The position numbers and the translations under genes are program-made. The notes beneath the pieces are model-generated. The model was given only the letters and a program-made list of their open reading frames with translations. It had not been told where the DNA came from and did no database searches. This document shows positions 29,001 to 36,950 of a stretch of DNA of 64,000 bases, one piece after another (the first letter of the stretch is position 1; the number at the start of each line of letters is the position of its first letter). The DNA comes from Crocinitomicaceae bacterium. Its GTDB lineage: Bacteria > Bacteroidota > Bacteroidia > Flavobacteriales_D > Crocinitomicaceae. The DNA is taken from assembly GCA_044233275.1 (NCBI GenBank), contig JBIIKG010000001.1, positions 610 through 64,609 on the forward strand. The letters run 5' to 3'.

Positions 29001-30365
29001 GTTTTAGTGACAGATGCGAATGGCTGTACATTTACAACTGCTATTACCTTAACAGAACCACCTGTATTAGGGGGAATAGCGTCAGTAACTAGTGATTATA
29101 ATGGCCAGGATGTAAGTTGTTTTAACTCTTTAGATGGTTCGGTTACTGTAAACGCAACTGGTGGCGTTCCGGGTTACACGTATTCTTGGACAAACTTAAC
29201 AACAGGCGCTAACGCAGGTAACAATCAAAATGTAAACAATGTGGGAGCGGGTAATTTAACCGTTCAAGTAACAGATTTAAATGGTTGTGTTTACAATACG
29301 AATGTAATTGTTACTCAACCTGCGGTTCTAACGTTGGATGCGAACATCATTTCAAATTATTTTGGTCAAGCTGTAAGTTGTGTCGGTGCAACTGATGGTA
29401 TTGTCGATGGAGATGTAACTGGGGGAACACCAGGATATCAGTATTCATGGAATGGTGGTCCATTTACAGCGTTGAATCCAATTAACAATTTAGGAGTTGG
29501 AACAACAACATTACAAGTGATGGATGCCAATGGATGTGCAGCGGAAGATCAAGTTGATTTGGAAGCAAATCCCCTGCCTACGTTTGACTTGCCTCCAGTT
29601 ATTTATAGCTGTGAAGGATATGAAGTTTCTATTAATTCGAATACTGAACCATCAAGTTCTTGTACTTGGGTTTTTTCAGATGGTCAAACAATTAATGATT
29701 GTGGTCCAGTTTATGTTTCTTTCCCTGAACAAGAAATGTGCTATGATATGCAATTAACAGTTATAAATGAACAAGGTTGTATAAATTCAACGTCAATCAC
29801 AGACTTTATATGTGTTGTTCCAAATCCAGTGGCTAGTTTCTCCCCGAGTGAATATGAAGTCTCCTTCACCAATCCCGGTCTTAATTTCAATAATAGCTCA
29901 GTAAATGCTGAGAACTATTTCTGGGATTTTGGGGATAATAGCCCTTTATCACAAGATGAGAATCCTTATCACGAATATTCTGTTGATGAGAATACCTCAC
30001 AATATGATGTTTGGTTATATGCAGTATCTATATATGGTTGTATTGATTCAACTTTGAGAGTAATTACCGTGAAAGAGGATTTGATTATCTACGTTCCAAA
30101 TACGTTTACTCCTGATGGAGATCAATTTAATAACGAATTTAGACCTGTAATTACTTCTGGTTTTAGTGATGATGGCTATTCATTATTCATCTTCAACCGT
30201 TGGGGTCAATTAGTCTTTGAATCAAATGATCAATCCATTGGTTGGGACGGAACGTACAACGGAGAACGAAGCCAGGATGGAACTTATACATGGAAAATCA
30301 TTCTTAAAAATATTGAGAATGACAATAAAGAAGAATATGTAGGTCATGTCAACCTACTCAGATAA
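20079..30365 (+). CDS. Giant SprB-repeat cell-surface protein with PKD domains and type-B T9SS (gliding motility-associated) CTD
   Basis: 3428 aa with signal peptide MKGIYSLIMLLVLLFNVQVSFA. About 33 repeats of C.G...G.I.LT..GG..(P/G)Y(T/S)Y.WSNGA.T.DL...AGTY.V.V.D.NGC. PKD-like WNFGDG and WDFGDN segments. C-terminal YVPNTFTPDGDQFNNEFRP...GWDG...GTYTW (TIGR04131-like). Confidence 0.9.
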   Translation: MKGIYSLIMLLVLLFNVQVSFAQEKHNHDHGRFDEIFGPWTLSKVIDDAGAFDRYHSEIAVQNFVDSNYMVFQGQIKQLISQNLAFSKSDAEQMFSVFLSKLASDVKRLPEGQKEVPGTPKILNGPCVNMDFETGNLTGWDLFRGTRTAATLYNFSSPVPVGPGANHQIFSGGVDAVVGIPRVAPGGTFSCRLGNGTTTGSGAARMSQPFMVDATNMYFTYKYAVVFQSPNGHTANERPYFSVRVYDQAGNNIPCGEYSVYADAANASTYQSIVVGGNTVLYQNWTSVFTNLSAYVGQNVTVEFTTGDCSLSGHYGYAYVDASCALQALVASPATICPGQTTTITAPSGVGTFTWNTGATTQSINTSIPGNYSVLLTPPQGAACAVTLNTTVTQFPEPSAAFTSTAPACFGTPVTFTSTSSIPAPGVIATYQWNFGDGTISPASSGAMVGVLNTTGTYVLPTHTYAAAGTYNVTLTVVSTNGCVSTITTPITVYALPTLSRTFVNVLCNGGNTGSVNLTVVGGNAPYTYAWSNGAITEDLAGVPAGTYSVVVTTATGCASTISATITQPAAALTLATTQTNVLCFGASTGAINLTPSGGTAPYTYLWSNGAITQDLSGITAGTYTVAVNDANGSIGGCTATTTVTISQPAAALILNTTQTNIFCNGAATGNIDLTPSGGTAPYTYAWSNGAITQDLSGLTAGTYTVTVNDANGSSGGCSASTSVTITQPATPVSIAVTQTNILCNGGSTGAINITVSGGTPGYTYAWSNGAITEDLSGIPAGTYTVVVNDAAGVNSGCTATLNVTITQPAAAISASFTQVNIPCNGASTGSINLSVAGGTAPYTYVWSNGAITQDLGSLAAGNYSVVVNDANGSFGGCTANSSVTITQPAAALSLATNQVNVLCFAGPTGSIDLTPSGGTAPYTYSWSNGAITQDLSGLVAGTYTVNVTDANGVAGGCAATTSVTITQPAAAVSLATNQTNILCNGGNTGAINLTVAGGTLPYTYSWSNGAIIEDLSALTAGTYNVNVTDANGIAGGCASFASVTITQPSAPLALSTSQVNVLCNGGLTGSINLTPSGGTAPYTYSWSNGAITQDLTGMAAGTYTVIVNDANGGTGGCTATTTVTITQPAAALTVSATQTNVLCFGGTTGAIDLTPAGGTAPYTYSWSNGAVTQDLTGIVAGTYTVNVNDASGLAAGCAATTTLTITQPAAAVSLATAQTNILCNGGNTGAINLTVAGGTMPYSFAWSNGAVTEDLTTLTAGTYTVIVTDANGSTGGCTATTSVTITQPLAPLTLNFIQTNVLCNGGLTGAINLTPSGGTAPYTYSWSNGALTEDLAGIAAGTYTLIVNDANGGSGGCAATTTVTITQPAAALSLAFTQTNVLCNGATTGAIDLTPAGGTAPYTYSWSNGAVSQDLIGLAAGTYTVNVNDVNGLTGGCFATTTVTITQPPVLTQNVTAFTYPSGTNISCFGLSDGSVNLTIGGGNPAYSYLWSNGATTEDLTNVPAGTYNVTVTDLNGCTILSSITLTQPALLTSNVVSSLYAGGFNLSGCANDGSINLTVAGGNPAYSYAWSSGQISEDIATLTAGTYNVTVTDVNGCVTTSSATLTAPPALTQSITATVYPSGTNISCFGLSDGSIDLTIGGGVPGYSYLWSNGAVTQDIIGLPAGTYSVTVTDLNGCQITSSITLTQPTDLTSALNPSVYAGGFNVSGCTPDGIIDLTPGGGNPAYTYLWSNGATTEDLSNLSAGNYTVTITDVNGCQEVASIVLTQPAGLTQTITASTFPSGTNISCFGLSDGNIDLTIGAGVPGYTYLWNTGAVTEDLTNVPAGTYGVTVTDQVGCQISASITLTQPAVLTQNVTAALYPSGTNISCFGLSDGSVNLTINGGNPAYSYAWSNGAITQDLVGLSAGTYTVTVTDINGCSIPSSITLVEPTALTQGITAATYPSGTNISCFGLSDGSVDLTIGGGNPGYMYMWSNGAISQDLSNVPAGTYNVTVTDINGCTIPSTITLTQPALLTQGITAVTYPSGTNISCFGLNDGSIDLTINGGNPGYSYVWSNGAITEDLTTLTAGTYSVVVTDLNGCSIPSTITLTQPTALTQGITAATYPSGTNISCFGLSDGSIDLTVNGANPAYSYAWSNGAITQDLVGLTAGTYSVVVTDVNGCTIPSTITLTQPAVLTQGITAVTYPSGTNISCFGLSDGSVDLTIGGGNPGYTYVWSNGAGTQDITGVVAGTYTVTVTDINGCTIPSSITLTEPTALTQGVTAFTYPSGTNISCFGLNDGSIDLTIGGGNPGYTYVWSNGSIAQDLTSLAAGTYSVVVTDINGCTIPSSITLTEPTILTENVVAATYPSGTNISCFGLSDGSVNLTIGGGNPGYSFLWSNGSITEDLVGLPVGTYSVVVTDLNGCTIPSTITLTEPTLLTSNVVPSVYAGGFNVSGCIDDGTIDLTPSGGNPGYTYLWSNGATNQDLSALAAGTYDVTITDINGCQTTNSITLTQPVGLSETISAFTYPSGTNISCIGLSDGSIDLIISNGSPGYTYLWSNGAITEDLVGVPAGTYNVTATDQNGCQITSTITLVQPTALTQNAAGLTYPSGTNISCFGFSDGSVDLSIGGGNPGYTYLWNTGAITEDISGLPIGTYSVVVTDINGCTIPSSITLNQPTVLTENSIADTYPSGNNISCFGLSDGSVDLTIGGGSPGYTYVWSNGAITEDLVGLPIGTYDVVVTDINGCIINSTITLDEPTALTSSDVVSVYAGGFNVSGCVDDGSIDLTPAGGSPTYTYVWSNGAITQDISNLAAGTYTVTITDINGCQSTLTETLTEPADMTSVTSVTSNYNGEDISCVGASDGAITVVPAGGAGPYTYSWENALGVVVSNLQSPSGLVAGLYTVEITDQNGCIISDDIVLTDPPAFIFNVNVASNYNGEDISCFGASDGAINLTVNGATPGYTYSWTNAANAVVSTIQDPFSLPSGQYDVLVTDANGCTFTTAITLTEPPVLGGIASVTSDYNGQDVSCFNSLDGSVTVNATGGVPGYTYSWTNLTTGANAGNNQNVNNVGAGNLTVQVTDLNGCVYNTNVIVTQPAVLTLDANIISNYFGQAVSCVGATDGIVDGDVTGGTPGYQYSWNGGPFTALNPINNLGVGTTTLQVMDANGCAAEDQVDLEANPLPTFDLPPVIYSCEGYEVSINSNTEPSSSCTWVFSDGQTINDCGPVYVSFPEQEMCYDMQLTVINEQGCINSTSITDFICVVPNPVASFSPSEYEVSFTNPGLNFNNSSVNAENYFWDFGDNSPLSQDENPYHEYSVDENTSQYDVWLYAVSIYGCIDSTLRVITVKEDLIIYVPNTFTPDGDQFNNEFRPVITSGFSDDGYSLFIFNRWGQLVFESNDQSIGWDGTYNGERSQDGTYTWKIILKNIENDNKEEYVGHVNLLR
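21567..29560 (+). repeat. Coding tandem-repeat region of the SprB-like gene (about 33 units of ~225-235 bp)
   Basis: Counted from the translation: 12 units of a ~78-aa subtype (TN(V/I)LCNGG...TITQPAAAL), then 17 of a ~76-aa subtype (TYPSGTNISCFGLSDGS or VYAGGFNVSGC), then 4 diverged units (SNYNGEDISC). Confidence 0.85.
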
Positions 30366-30380
30366 ATTAACCGAATACAA

Positions 30381-30412
30381 AAAAGGCTTACATGAAAATG
30401 TAAGCCTTTTGT
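30381..30412. terminator. Bidirectional rho-independent terminator between convergent genes
   Basis: AAAAGGCTTACAT-GAAA-ATGTAAGCCTTTT: perfect 13-bp stem with a GAAA loop, flanked by A and T runs. Lies between the stops at 30365 (+) and 30428 (-). Confidence 0.75.
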
Positions 30413-30427
30413 AATAGTTGAAGTGTC

Positions 30428-30841
30428 TTAACAATATTCATCGTAGGCAGCAGCCAGATTCTCAGCAATCATTTGCGCCGTTACTCCTTCAATATTGTGT
30501 CTTTCTAAGAAATGGACTAATTTACCATCATTGAATAATGCAATGCATGGTGATGATGGAGGATACGGCAAAAAGTACTTACGAGCTTGAGCCGTTGCTT
30601 CTGAATCTACTCCAGCAAAAACTGTAGCAAGTCCAGCAGGCTTTTTGTCGTGATTTAACGAGTGTTTTACTCCCGGACGCATATTACCAGCTGCACAACC
30701 ACAAACTGAGTTCACAACAAGTAAAAAACTTCCTTTTGCATTTTGAATATATTGATCAACGTCTTGTGATGATGTTAATTCTTGAAATCCTACGTCTGTA
30801 AGATCTGCTTTCATTGGTTTGACTAACTCTGGTGGATACAT
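30428..30841 (-). CDS. BrxA/BrxB-type bacilliredoxin (DUF1094/YphP family thiol-disulfide oxidoreductase)
   Basis: 137 aa. VNSVCGCAAGNMRP carries the CGC redox motif, and the size is typical of the family. Confidence 0.75.
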   Translation of the reverse strand: MYPPELVKPMKADLTDVGFQELTSSQDVDQYIQNAKGSFLLVVNSVCGCAAGNMRPGVKHSLNHDKKPAGLATVFAGVDSEATAQARKYFLPYPPSSPCIALFNDGKLVHFLERHNIEGVTAQMIAENLAAAYDEYC

Positions 30842-30896
30842 ATGTTTGAATTTTAATTGTGTACAAATTTACGAATAAGCGCGTACCGTTATGAAA

Positions 30897-31958
30897 TCAG
30901 TTAGAACTATTTTTTTTAATTCGTTGGATATCTATTTCTCTCAATAATGGCTGCCCATCAATAAGGTAATCAGCAAACTCTTTTGATAATAGGGGCGCAA
31001 TTAAATAACCTTTGGCACCCATTCCATTGAAAATTGATAGTTTAGGAAACAAGTCGTGTCTCCCTATTATTGGTCTTCTATCCAAAGTTGTAGGTCGAAT
31101 TCCTGCACCATGTTCCAAGATTTTCGGTTCAATATCGCTTAAAAAATGAAAATGATCGATTAATTCTTGTTTGCCTTCTTCAGTTGGAATAGTATCTGGT
31201 GTGTCCCATTTATAGGTTGAACCAACTTTATATATTGATGTTGAAACAGGAAGAACAAAGCATTTCCGATTAATAGATTCATTCATTGGCAAATCAGTTG
31301 AATGAATTGTCAGCACCTCACCTTTAGTACTTTGAATAGGCAACTCACCAAACCAAGGATTGAATTGTGCCATATAACCTTCACAAAATATAACCCCATC
31401 ATAAGCAATTCCTTTATAAACTGCTTTTTCAGCATCAAGCAACGAATAATCGAAATTTTCAGAAAAAAAAGCACATTTGTTTTTCAAATCTTCATGCATT
31501 TCGAAAAGAAAAATAGATGCATTTACCCAAGCTGATTGCTTTACACGAGCCGATCCATAGTCATTTTTTAGTTTGAAATCAGCATAGTTTTTATCTTCTT
31601 CGGTTAGGAGAAACATATAATCGAGATACTCTTCTTCAGTCTGTTTCTTTTCCCAAAAACCTCTCTCTTGTTCAGAAGAGAAAAATCGACGAATGACTAT
31701 TTCATGATAAAATTCTTTAGCTGTTTTTTGTTCCAATTTGCGATAAAAGTCTCGGGCGTATGGCAACAATTCGTTTACACGCCATGATTTCGCCATTCTT
31801 CTAAAAACCAGGGGATTAATTAGTCCAGCAGCGACAATTGAGCTTTTGTTTTCGTTGGAATCAATAATACTAACACGTTGATTTTTGCTAATTAATTGCT
31901 GAGCAACACAGATTCCAGATAATCCCGCTCCTACAATCAAATAATGTCGTTGATTCAT
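30897..31958 (-). CDS. FAD-dependent oxidoreductase (DAO family)
   Basis: 353 aa. N-terminal HYLIVGAGLSGICVA...IIDS is a Rossmann dinucleotide-binding motif. C-terminal GMGAKG. Confidence 0.7.
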   Translation of the reverse strand: MNQRHYLIVGAGLSGICVAQQLISKNQRVSIIDSNENKSSIVAAGLINPLVFRRMAKSWRVNELLPYARDFYRKLEQKTAKEFYHEIVIRRFFSSEQERGFWEKKQTEEEYLDYMFLLTEEDKNYADFKLKNDYGSARVKQSAWVNASIFLFEMHEDLKNKCAFFSENFDYSLLDAEKAVYKGIAYDGVIFCEGYMAQFNPWFGELPIQSTKGEVLTIHSTDLPMNESINRKCFVLPVSTSIYKVGSTYKWDTPDTIPTEEGKQELIDHFHFLSDIEPKILEHGAGIRPTTLDRRPIIGRHDLFPKLSIFNGMGAKGYLIAPLLSKEFADYLIDGQPLLREIDIQRIKKNSSN

Positions 31959-32152
31959 TTATTTTGTTGTTGCTTAACTTATTGAAACGTAAAGATAACG
32001 CGTTTTTAGTTGCAATATAAATCTCAGTTTACGCTATTCAATAGATCACCACCTTCTTACTTTAGTGGTTTCTTTTGCCAAACGTAAATTATCTAACGCT
32101 AAATCACGTCCAAGATTAGCTTTAATAAAAACTCAATTTCACAGTTAAAAAC

Positions 32153-32890
32153 TTATTTGGTTATGGCTAAACTGATAATAGTGATTCGAAGATTCGGAAA
32201 AATTTTGTGAATAGAGGCTACCATCGCTTCTATTGTAGCACCTGTCGTTACAACGTCGTCAATTATTGCAATGTGCTGCAGTGTTGAAGGAATGTTTTTG
32301 GGTAGTGAAAAATTATCCGAAACATTATCCCAGCGAAGAAATCTTCCTCGTTTGGTTTGACTACCAACATGCGATGATTTTGCGATGAATTTTGTTTGAA
32401 TAGGAATAAGTGAGCTTTTAGATATCCCTTTTGCAATCTCTTCACTTTGGTTGTAACCGCGTGTAAAGCGTTTACGATGATGTATGGGCACAGGTACTAA
32501 GGCATCAACACCCTGAAGAATCGCCGTGTTTTTTAATTTTTTAGCAATAAGTCCTCCTAAAAATTCACCTAACGCTGGATTGTTATTGTACTTTAATTCG
32601 TGCAACAATACCTGGGTGGATTTTCCTTTTTCATAGTCTAACAGCGCAAAGGTGGAGTGAATTTGTGATCGACCCCAAAACAATTGGTCCATTGGAGTTG
32701 GTTCGTTGAACTTTTCAAAATGCGTAAATTGCAAATCGTTGAAGCAAAGAGAACAACAAAATTTTTCTTGTCGAGTGAGTTCGTTTTGACAAATCAAACA
32801 CGTCGATGGCAGAATTAATTCAACAATATCTTTTGCTAGAATTGTTAATTTAGTTAAGTTAAAATTTGTCTTTTCCTTGTCGTAGTGCAT
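32153..32890 (-). CDS. comF: ComF family protein (phosphoribosyltransferase domain with N-terminal Cys4 finger)
   Basis: 245 aa. CLICQ...CCSLC zinc-finger-like N-terminus and the IAIIDDVVTTGATIEA PRPP-binding motif. Confidence 0.75.
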   Translation of the reverse strand: MHYDKEKTNFNLTKLTILAKDIVELILPSTCLICQNELTRQEKFCCSLCFNDLQFTHFEKFNEPTPMDQLFWGRSQIHSTFALLDYEKGKSTQVLLHELKYNNNPALGEFLGGLIAKKLKNTAILQGVDALVPVPIHHRKRFTRGYNQSEEIAKGISKSSLIPIQTKFIAKSSHVGSQTKRGRFLRWDNVSDNFSLPKNIPSTLQHIAIIDDVVTTGATIEAMVASIHKIFPNLRITIISLAITK

Positions 32891-33331
32891 GGTCTATTTA
32901 CTATTCACAATGTTGTGTTCAAAATAACAATTTTTTATAATTGATATTGGTTTAAATCTACGCTAAATTTAGTGAAATATTCACAAAGTGCTTTGAAGTC
33001 AGGCATTTGACGAATAGAAAAAATTTATCGACAAATCATACATACTTGACTGTGAATATTTTTAAATAAAATGTTGATAAAGTCGGTATCCACTATGCTT
33101 AAAGGGTTTGAATCCTCGGATGTTAATAACATTGAAAGATTGTGAATTTCTTTAATTGCGAAAGGTGAGTTTTTTGACAACTTTTGTATGCCTCAACTTA
33201 CAAAATGAATTCAATGCTACTGATTGAATTTCACACTAAGAGGAAACAAAAAAACTTAGAGGTTTGTTAACAATGATGAAAAATCACACTTTTCATCAAT
33301 GGAATAATACACTACTAATATTTATACGAAA

Positions 33332-34312
33332 ATGGCACAACAAGCAGAACCGATTTTAGAAGGGAACAACAATCGCTTTGTTCTTTTCCCGATTCAACAC
33401 GATGACATTTGGTCTTTCTACAAAAAGGCTGAAGCAAGTTTTTGGACGGCAGAGGAAATCGACTTATCACCAGATCTTATTGACTGGGAAACAAAATTAA
33501 ATGATGATGAACGCCATTTTGTTAAACATATTCTTGCATTTTTCGCTGCATCTGATGGTATTGTTAACGAAAATTTAGCTGAGCATTTCCTGTCAGAAGT
33601 TCAGTATACTGAAGCAAAGTTCTTTTACGGATTTCAGGTTGCGATTGAGAACATTCACTCTGAAACTTATTCATTGTTGATTGATACCTACATCAAAGAC
33701 ACTGCAGATAAGAACAACCTGTTTAATGCAATTGACACAATCGATTGTGTGCGCAAGAAAGCAGAATGGGCATTGCGTTGGATTGATAATGGTTCTTTTG
33801 CAGAGCGTTTAGTTGCATTCGCTGCAGTAGAAGGGATTTTCTTTTCAGGTTCTTTTTGTTCAATCTTCTGGTTGAAGAAGAGAGGGTTAATGCCTGGACT
33901 TTCATTCTCAAACGAATTGATTTCTCGTGATGAAGGTTTGCATTGTGATTTCGCTTGCCTTTTGTACACAAAACATTTGGTGAATCAATTGCCAAAAGCG
34001 CAAGTGCAAGAGATTATCATGGATGCTGTAGAAATCGAAAAAGAATTTATTACAGATGCCCTTCCAGTAAAATTAATTGGAATGAACAGTGACCTAATGA
34101 AACAATATATTGAGTTCGTGGCTGATCGATTGTTGCAAGAATTAGGAAACGACAAAGTATACAATGTTTCAAATCCGTTTGACTTCATGGATATGATTTC
34201 TATCCAAGGAAAAACGAATTTCTTTGAAAAAAGAGTTGCAGAATATCAGAAAGCTGGTGTATTGTCGTCCGGGAAAGACAATCACACATTCAGTACTGAA
34301 GAAGAATTTTAA
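33332..34312 (+). CDS. nrdB: Class Ia ribonucleoside-diphosphate reductase, beta subunit
   Basis: 326 aa. Di-iron and radical-site motifs [23 protein letters not shown] and ISRDEGLH. Confidence 0.95.
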   Translation: MAQQAEPILEGNNNRFVLFPIQHDDIWSFYKKAEASFWTAEEIDLSPDLIDWETKLNDDERHFVKHILAFFAASDGIVNENLAEHFLSEVQYTEAKFFYGFQVAIENIHSETYSLLIDTYIKDTADKNNLFNAIDTIDCVRKKAEWALRWIDNGSFAERLVAFAAVEGIFFSGSFCSIFWLKKRGLMPGLSFSNELISRDEGLHCDFACLLYTKHLVNQLPKAQVQEIIMDAVEIEKEFITDALPVKLIGMNSDLMKQYIEFVADRLLQELGNDKVYNVSNPFDFMDMISIQGKTNFFEKRVAEYQKAGVLSSGKDNHTFSTEEEF

Positions 34313-34346
34313 AAAATTGAATTAAACAAAAATTAAACGAGCGCCC

Positions 34347-36707
34347 ATGTATGTAGTAAAAAGAGACGGCCGAAAGGAGGCTGTCAAGTTCGACAAGATT
34401 ACAGCACGCATTGTGAAAATGTGCTATGGACTTGACCCATTGGTTACACCAGAAGTGGTTGCCATGAAGGTAATCGAAGGGATTTATGATGGTGTTACAA
34501 CAACTGTGTTGGACAACCTTGCAGCTGAAGTTGCAGCAGCAAAAACGATTGATCACCCGGATTATGCTTTATTAGCATCACGTATTGCCGTATCTAACTT
34601 ACACAAAGAAACAAAGAAAACGTTCTCTGAAGTAATCGAAGATATGTTCAAATACATTGATCCAAAAACTGGTCAAAACGCATCATTAGTTGCTGAAGAT
34701 GTTTACCAAATTATCATGGATAATAAGGAAGCGTTGGATTCAAGTATTATTTATGATCGCGATTTTAGATACGATTATTTCGGATTTAAAACCTTGACCC
34801 GTTCATATTTGATGAAATTGGATGGACAAATCGTTGAACGTCCACAACAAATGTTGATGAGAGTGGCTGTTGGTATTCACAAATCGAATATCCAAGAAGC
34901 TATCAAAACATATAATTTAATGTCTGAAGGCTGGTTCACACATGCTACTCCAACATTATTTAATTCTGGTACTCCAAAACCACAAATGTCTTCTTGTTTC
35001 TTATTAACAATGAAAGATGATAGTATTAGTGGAATTTATGATACATTGAAATCTTGCGCTCAGATTTCTCAATCAGCTGGTGGTATTGGTTTAGCTATTC
35101 ACAATATCCGTGCAACAGGATCATATATCAAAGGAACAAACGGTACTTCAAATGGTATCGTACCAATGCTTAGAGTATTCAACGATACTGCTCGTTACGT
35201 TGATCAAGGTGGTGGTAAAAGAAAAGGTTCTTTTGCAATGTATATTGAGCCTTGGCATGCTGATGTATTCGATTTCTTGGACTTGAAAAAGAACCACGGA
35301 AAAGAAGAACAACGTGCACGTGATTTATTCTTTGCACTTTGGATTCCAGATTTATTCATGAAACGTGTGAAGGATAATGGTGATTGGACCTTAATGTGTC
35401 CACACGAATGTCCTGGACTTTCGGATACACATAGCGCTGCATTTGAAGAATTATATACACGTTACGAAAACGAAGGAAAAGGTCGTAAAACGGTTAAAGC
35501 ACAAGATTTGTGGTTCAAAATTTTGGAATCTCAAATTGAAACTGGAACACCATATATGTTGTACAAAGATGCTGCGAATGCAAAATCAAATCAACAAAAC
35601 CTTGGTACAATCAAGTCTTCAAACTTGTGCACAGAGATTATTGAGTACACAGCACCAGATGAGGTAGCAGTTTGTAACTTAGCTTCATTGGCTTTGCCGA
35701 AATATGTAACTGAAGAAGGAACTTTCGATCACGATAAATTGTTTGAAGTTACTTACCAGGCTACAATCAACTTGAATAGAATTATTGATGAAAATTACTA
35801 CCCAGTAATTGAAGCTCAAAATTCGAACATGCGTCACCGTCCAATTGGACTAGGTGTTCAAGGTTTAGCGGATGCTTTCATAATGATGGGATTACCATTT
35901 GAATCAGAAGAAGCAAGAGCATTGAATAGAGAAGTTTTTGAAACAATCTATTATGCATCAATGACCGCTTCTAAAGATTTAGCGAAAGTGGAAGGACCGT
36001 ACGAAACATTTGCTGGTTCACCCGTATCAAAGGGGATTTTCCAATATGACATGTGGAATGTAACACCTACAAGTCGCTGGGAATGGGATGTGTTGAAAGA
36101 AGAAGTGAAGCAATATGGTGTTAGAAACTCATTGTTGTTAGCGCCAATGCCAACAGCATCTACAGCTCAAATTCTTGGTAACAACGAATGTTTCGAACCT
36201 TACACATCAAACATTTATACGCGTCGTGTATTGTCAGGTGAGTTCATTATTGTGAACAAGCATTTATTGAAAGATTTAGTAAAAGCTGGTTTGTGGAACA
36301 AAGACATGCGTCAAAAAATCATGCAAGCAAATGGTTCAGTTCAAAATATCAATGAAGTGCCACAAAACTTGAAAGATTTGTACAAAACAGCATGGGAGAT
36401 TTCGCAAAAAGCGATTATCGATCAAGCTGCTGACCGTGGAGCATATATTTGCCAATCTCAATCATTGAACATTTTCATGGAGAACGCAAACTTCGGAAAA
36501 TTAACATCAATGCATTTCTACGGATGGGAGAAAGGATTGAAAACAGGGATGTACTACTTAAGAACAAAAGCAGCAACAGATGCAATTAAGTTCACCGTTG
36601 AAAAAACAGTAACTGAAATGCCAATCGCTGAAACAATAGAAGATCAACAAGCTGCCATAGCATGCTCTTTGGATGATCCAGAGAATTGTGAAATGTGCTC
36701 AGGGTAG
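34347..36707 (+). CDS. nrdA: Class Ia ribonucleoside-diphosphate reductase, alpha subunit
   Basis: 786 aa. N-terminal ATP-cone ([16 protein letters not shown]), active-site SSNLCTEI, and a C-terminal CEMCSG redox pair. Confidence 0.95.
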   Translation: MYVVKRDGRKEAVKFDKITARIVKMCYGLDPLVTPEVVAMKVIEGIYDGVTTTVLDNLAAEVAAAKTIDHPDYALLASRIAVSNLHKETKKTFSEVIEDMFKYIDPKTGQNASLVAEDVYQIIMDNKEALDSSIIYDRDFRYDYFGFKTLTRSYLMKLDGQIVERPQQMLMRVAVGIHKSNIQEAIKTYNLMSEGWFTHATPTLFNSGTPKPQMSSCFLLTMKDDSISGIYDTLKSCAQISQSAGGIGLAIHNIRATGSYIKGTNGTSNGIVPMLRVFNDTARYVDQGGGKRKGSFAMYIEPWHADVFDFLDLKKNHGKEEQRARDLFFALWIPDLFMKRVKDNGDWTLMCPHECPGLSDTHSAAFEELYTRYENEGKGRKTVKAQDLWFKILESQIETGTPYMLYKDAANAKSNQQNLGTIKSSNLCTEIIEYTAPDEVAVCNLASLALPKYVTEEGTFDHDKLFEVTYQATINLNRIIDENYYPVIEAQNSNMRHRPIGLGVQGLADAFIMMGLPFESEEARALNREVFETIYYASMTASKDLAKVEGPYETFAGSPVSKGIFQYDMWNVTPTSRWEWDVLKEEVKQYGVRNSLLLAPMPTASTAQILGNNECFEPYTSNIYTRRVLSGEFIIVNKHLLKDLVKAGLWNKDMRQKIMQANGSVQNINEVPQNLKDLYKTAWEISQKAIIDQAADRGAYICQSQSLNIFMENANFGKLTSMHFYGWEKGLKTGMYYLRTKAATDAIKFTVEKTVTEMPIAETIEDQQAAIACSLDDPENCEMCSG

Positions 36708-36764
36708 AAAGCGGCGAAAGCCTGTTTCGAACATGAGCATATTCGACGAGGGTTTATGCCGAGT

Positions 36765-36848
36765 CAAATGTGCAGTGGCTAGAAGCTGCCAAGGTTCTGG
36801 CCGGTGCTAAATTCGGTGAAACCAAATGTGTTCTGGCTAGAAGCTAGC
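36765..36848. repeat. Pair of 26-nt imperfect direct repeats (CAAATGTG...GGCTAGAAGCT) in the nrdA 3' region
   Basis: 36765-36790 and 36823-36848 match at 21 of 26 positions by my count. The first copy can pair GGCTAGAA (36777-84) with TTCTGGCC (36795-802). Confidence 0.7.
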
Positions 36849-36911
36849 TAGTCATAATATTCTCGTAGCAGTTAATAATTGTGTTCTTTTTATTATGCTT
36901 AATGATAAAAC

Positions 36912-36950
36912 AAAAGCTCTGAGAGAATTTTCTCAGGGCTTTTTTATTTT
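36912..36950. terminator. Bidirectional rho-independent terminator between nrdA and the convergent DUF3109 gene
   Basis: AAAGCTCTGAGA-GAATTT-TCTCAGGGCTTT stem (one G.T pair) followed by TTTTTATTTT and preceded by an A-run. Confidence 0.7.

Noticed and set aside
21047-29757. Numerous 60-115-aa ORFs on both strands inside the SprB-like gene
   Set aside because: All are embedded in the 10.3-kb ORF and derive from its repeats. None has independent support.
33200-33331. NrdR boxes or a cobalamin riboswitch upstream of nrdB
   Set aside because: I found no pair of 16-bp ACACwAtATaTwGTGT-like palindromes at about 31-bp spacing, and no B12-box (GCCACTG-type core). Only weak CACACT words are present.
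36724-36736. Shared motif GTTTCGAACA(A)TGA, also at 62861-62874 and loosely at 52809-52819, considered as a dispersed intergenic element
   Set aside because: An exact 10-mer shared among a few kb of AT-rich intergenic DNA is expected by chance. The flanks do not align.
36765-36810. GAAGCTGCCAAGG resembling the conserved GGAAGCAGCCAAGG segment of SRP (4.5S) RNA
   Set aside because: There is no matching 5' strand or GGAA tetraloop context. The word occurs within a duplicated 26-mer, and the overall fold does not resemble SRP RNA.
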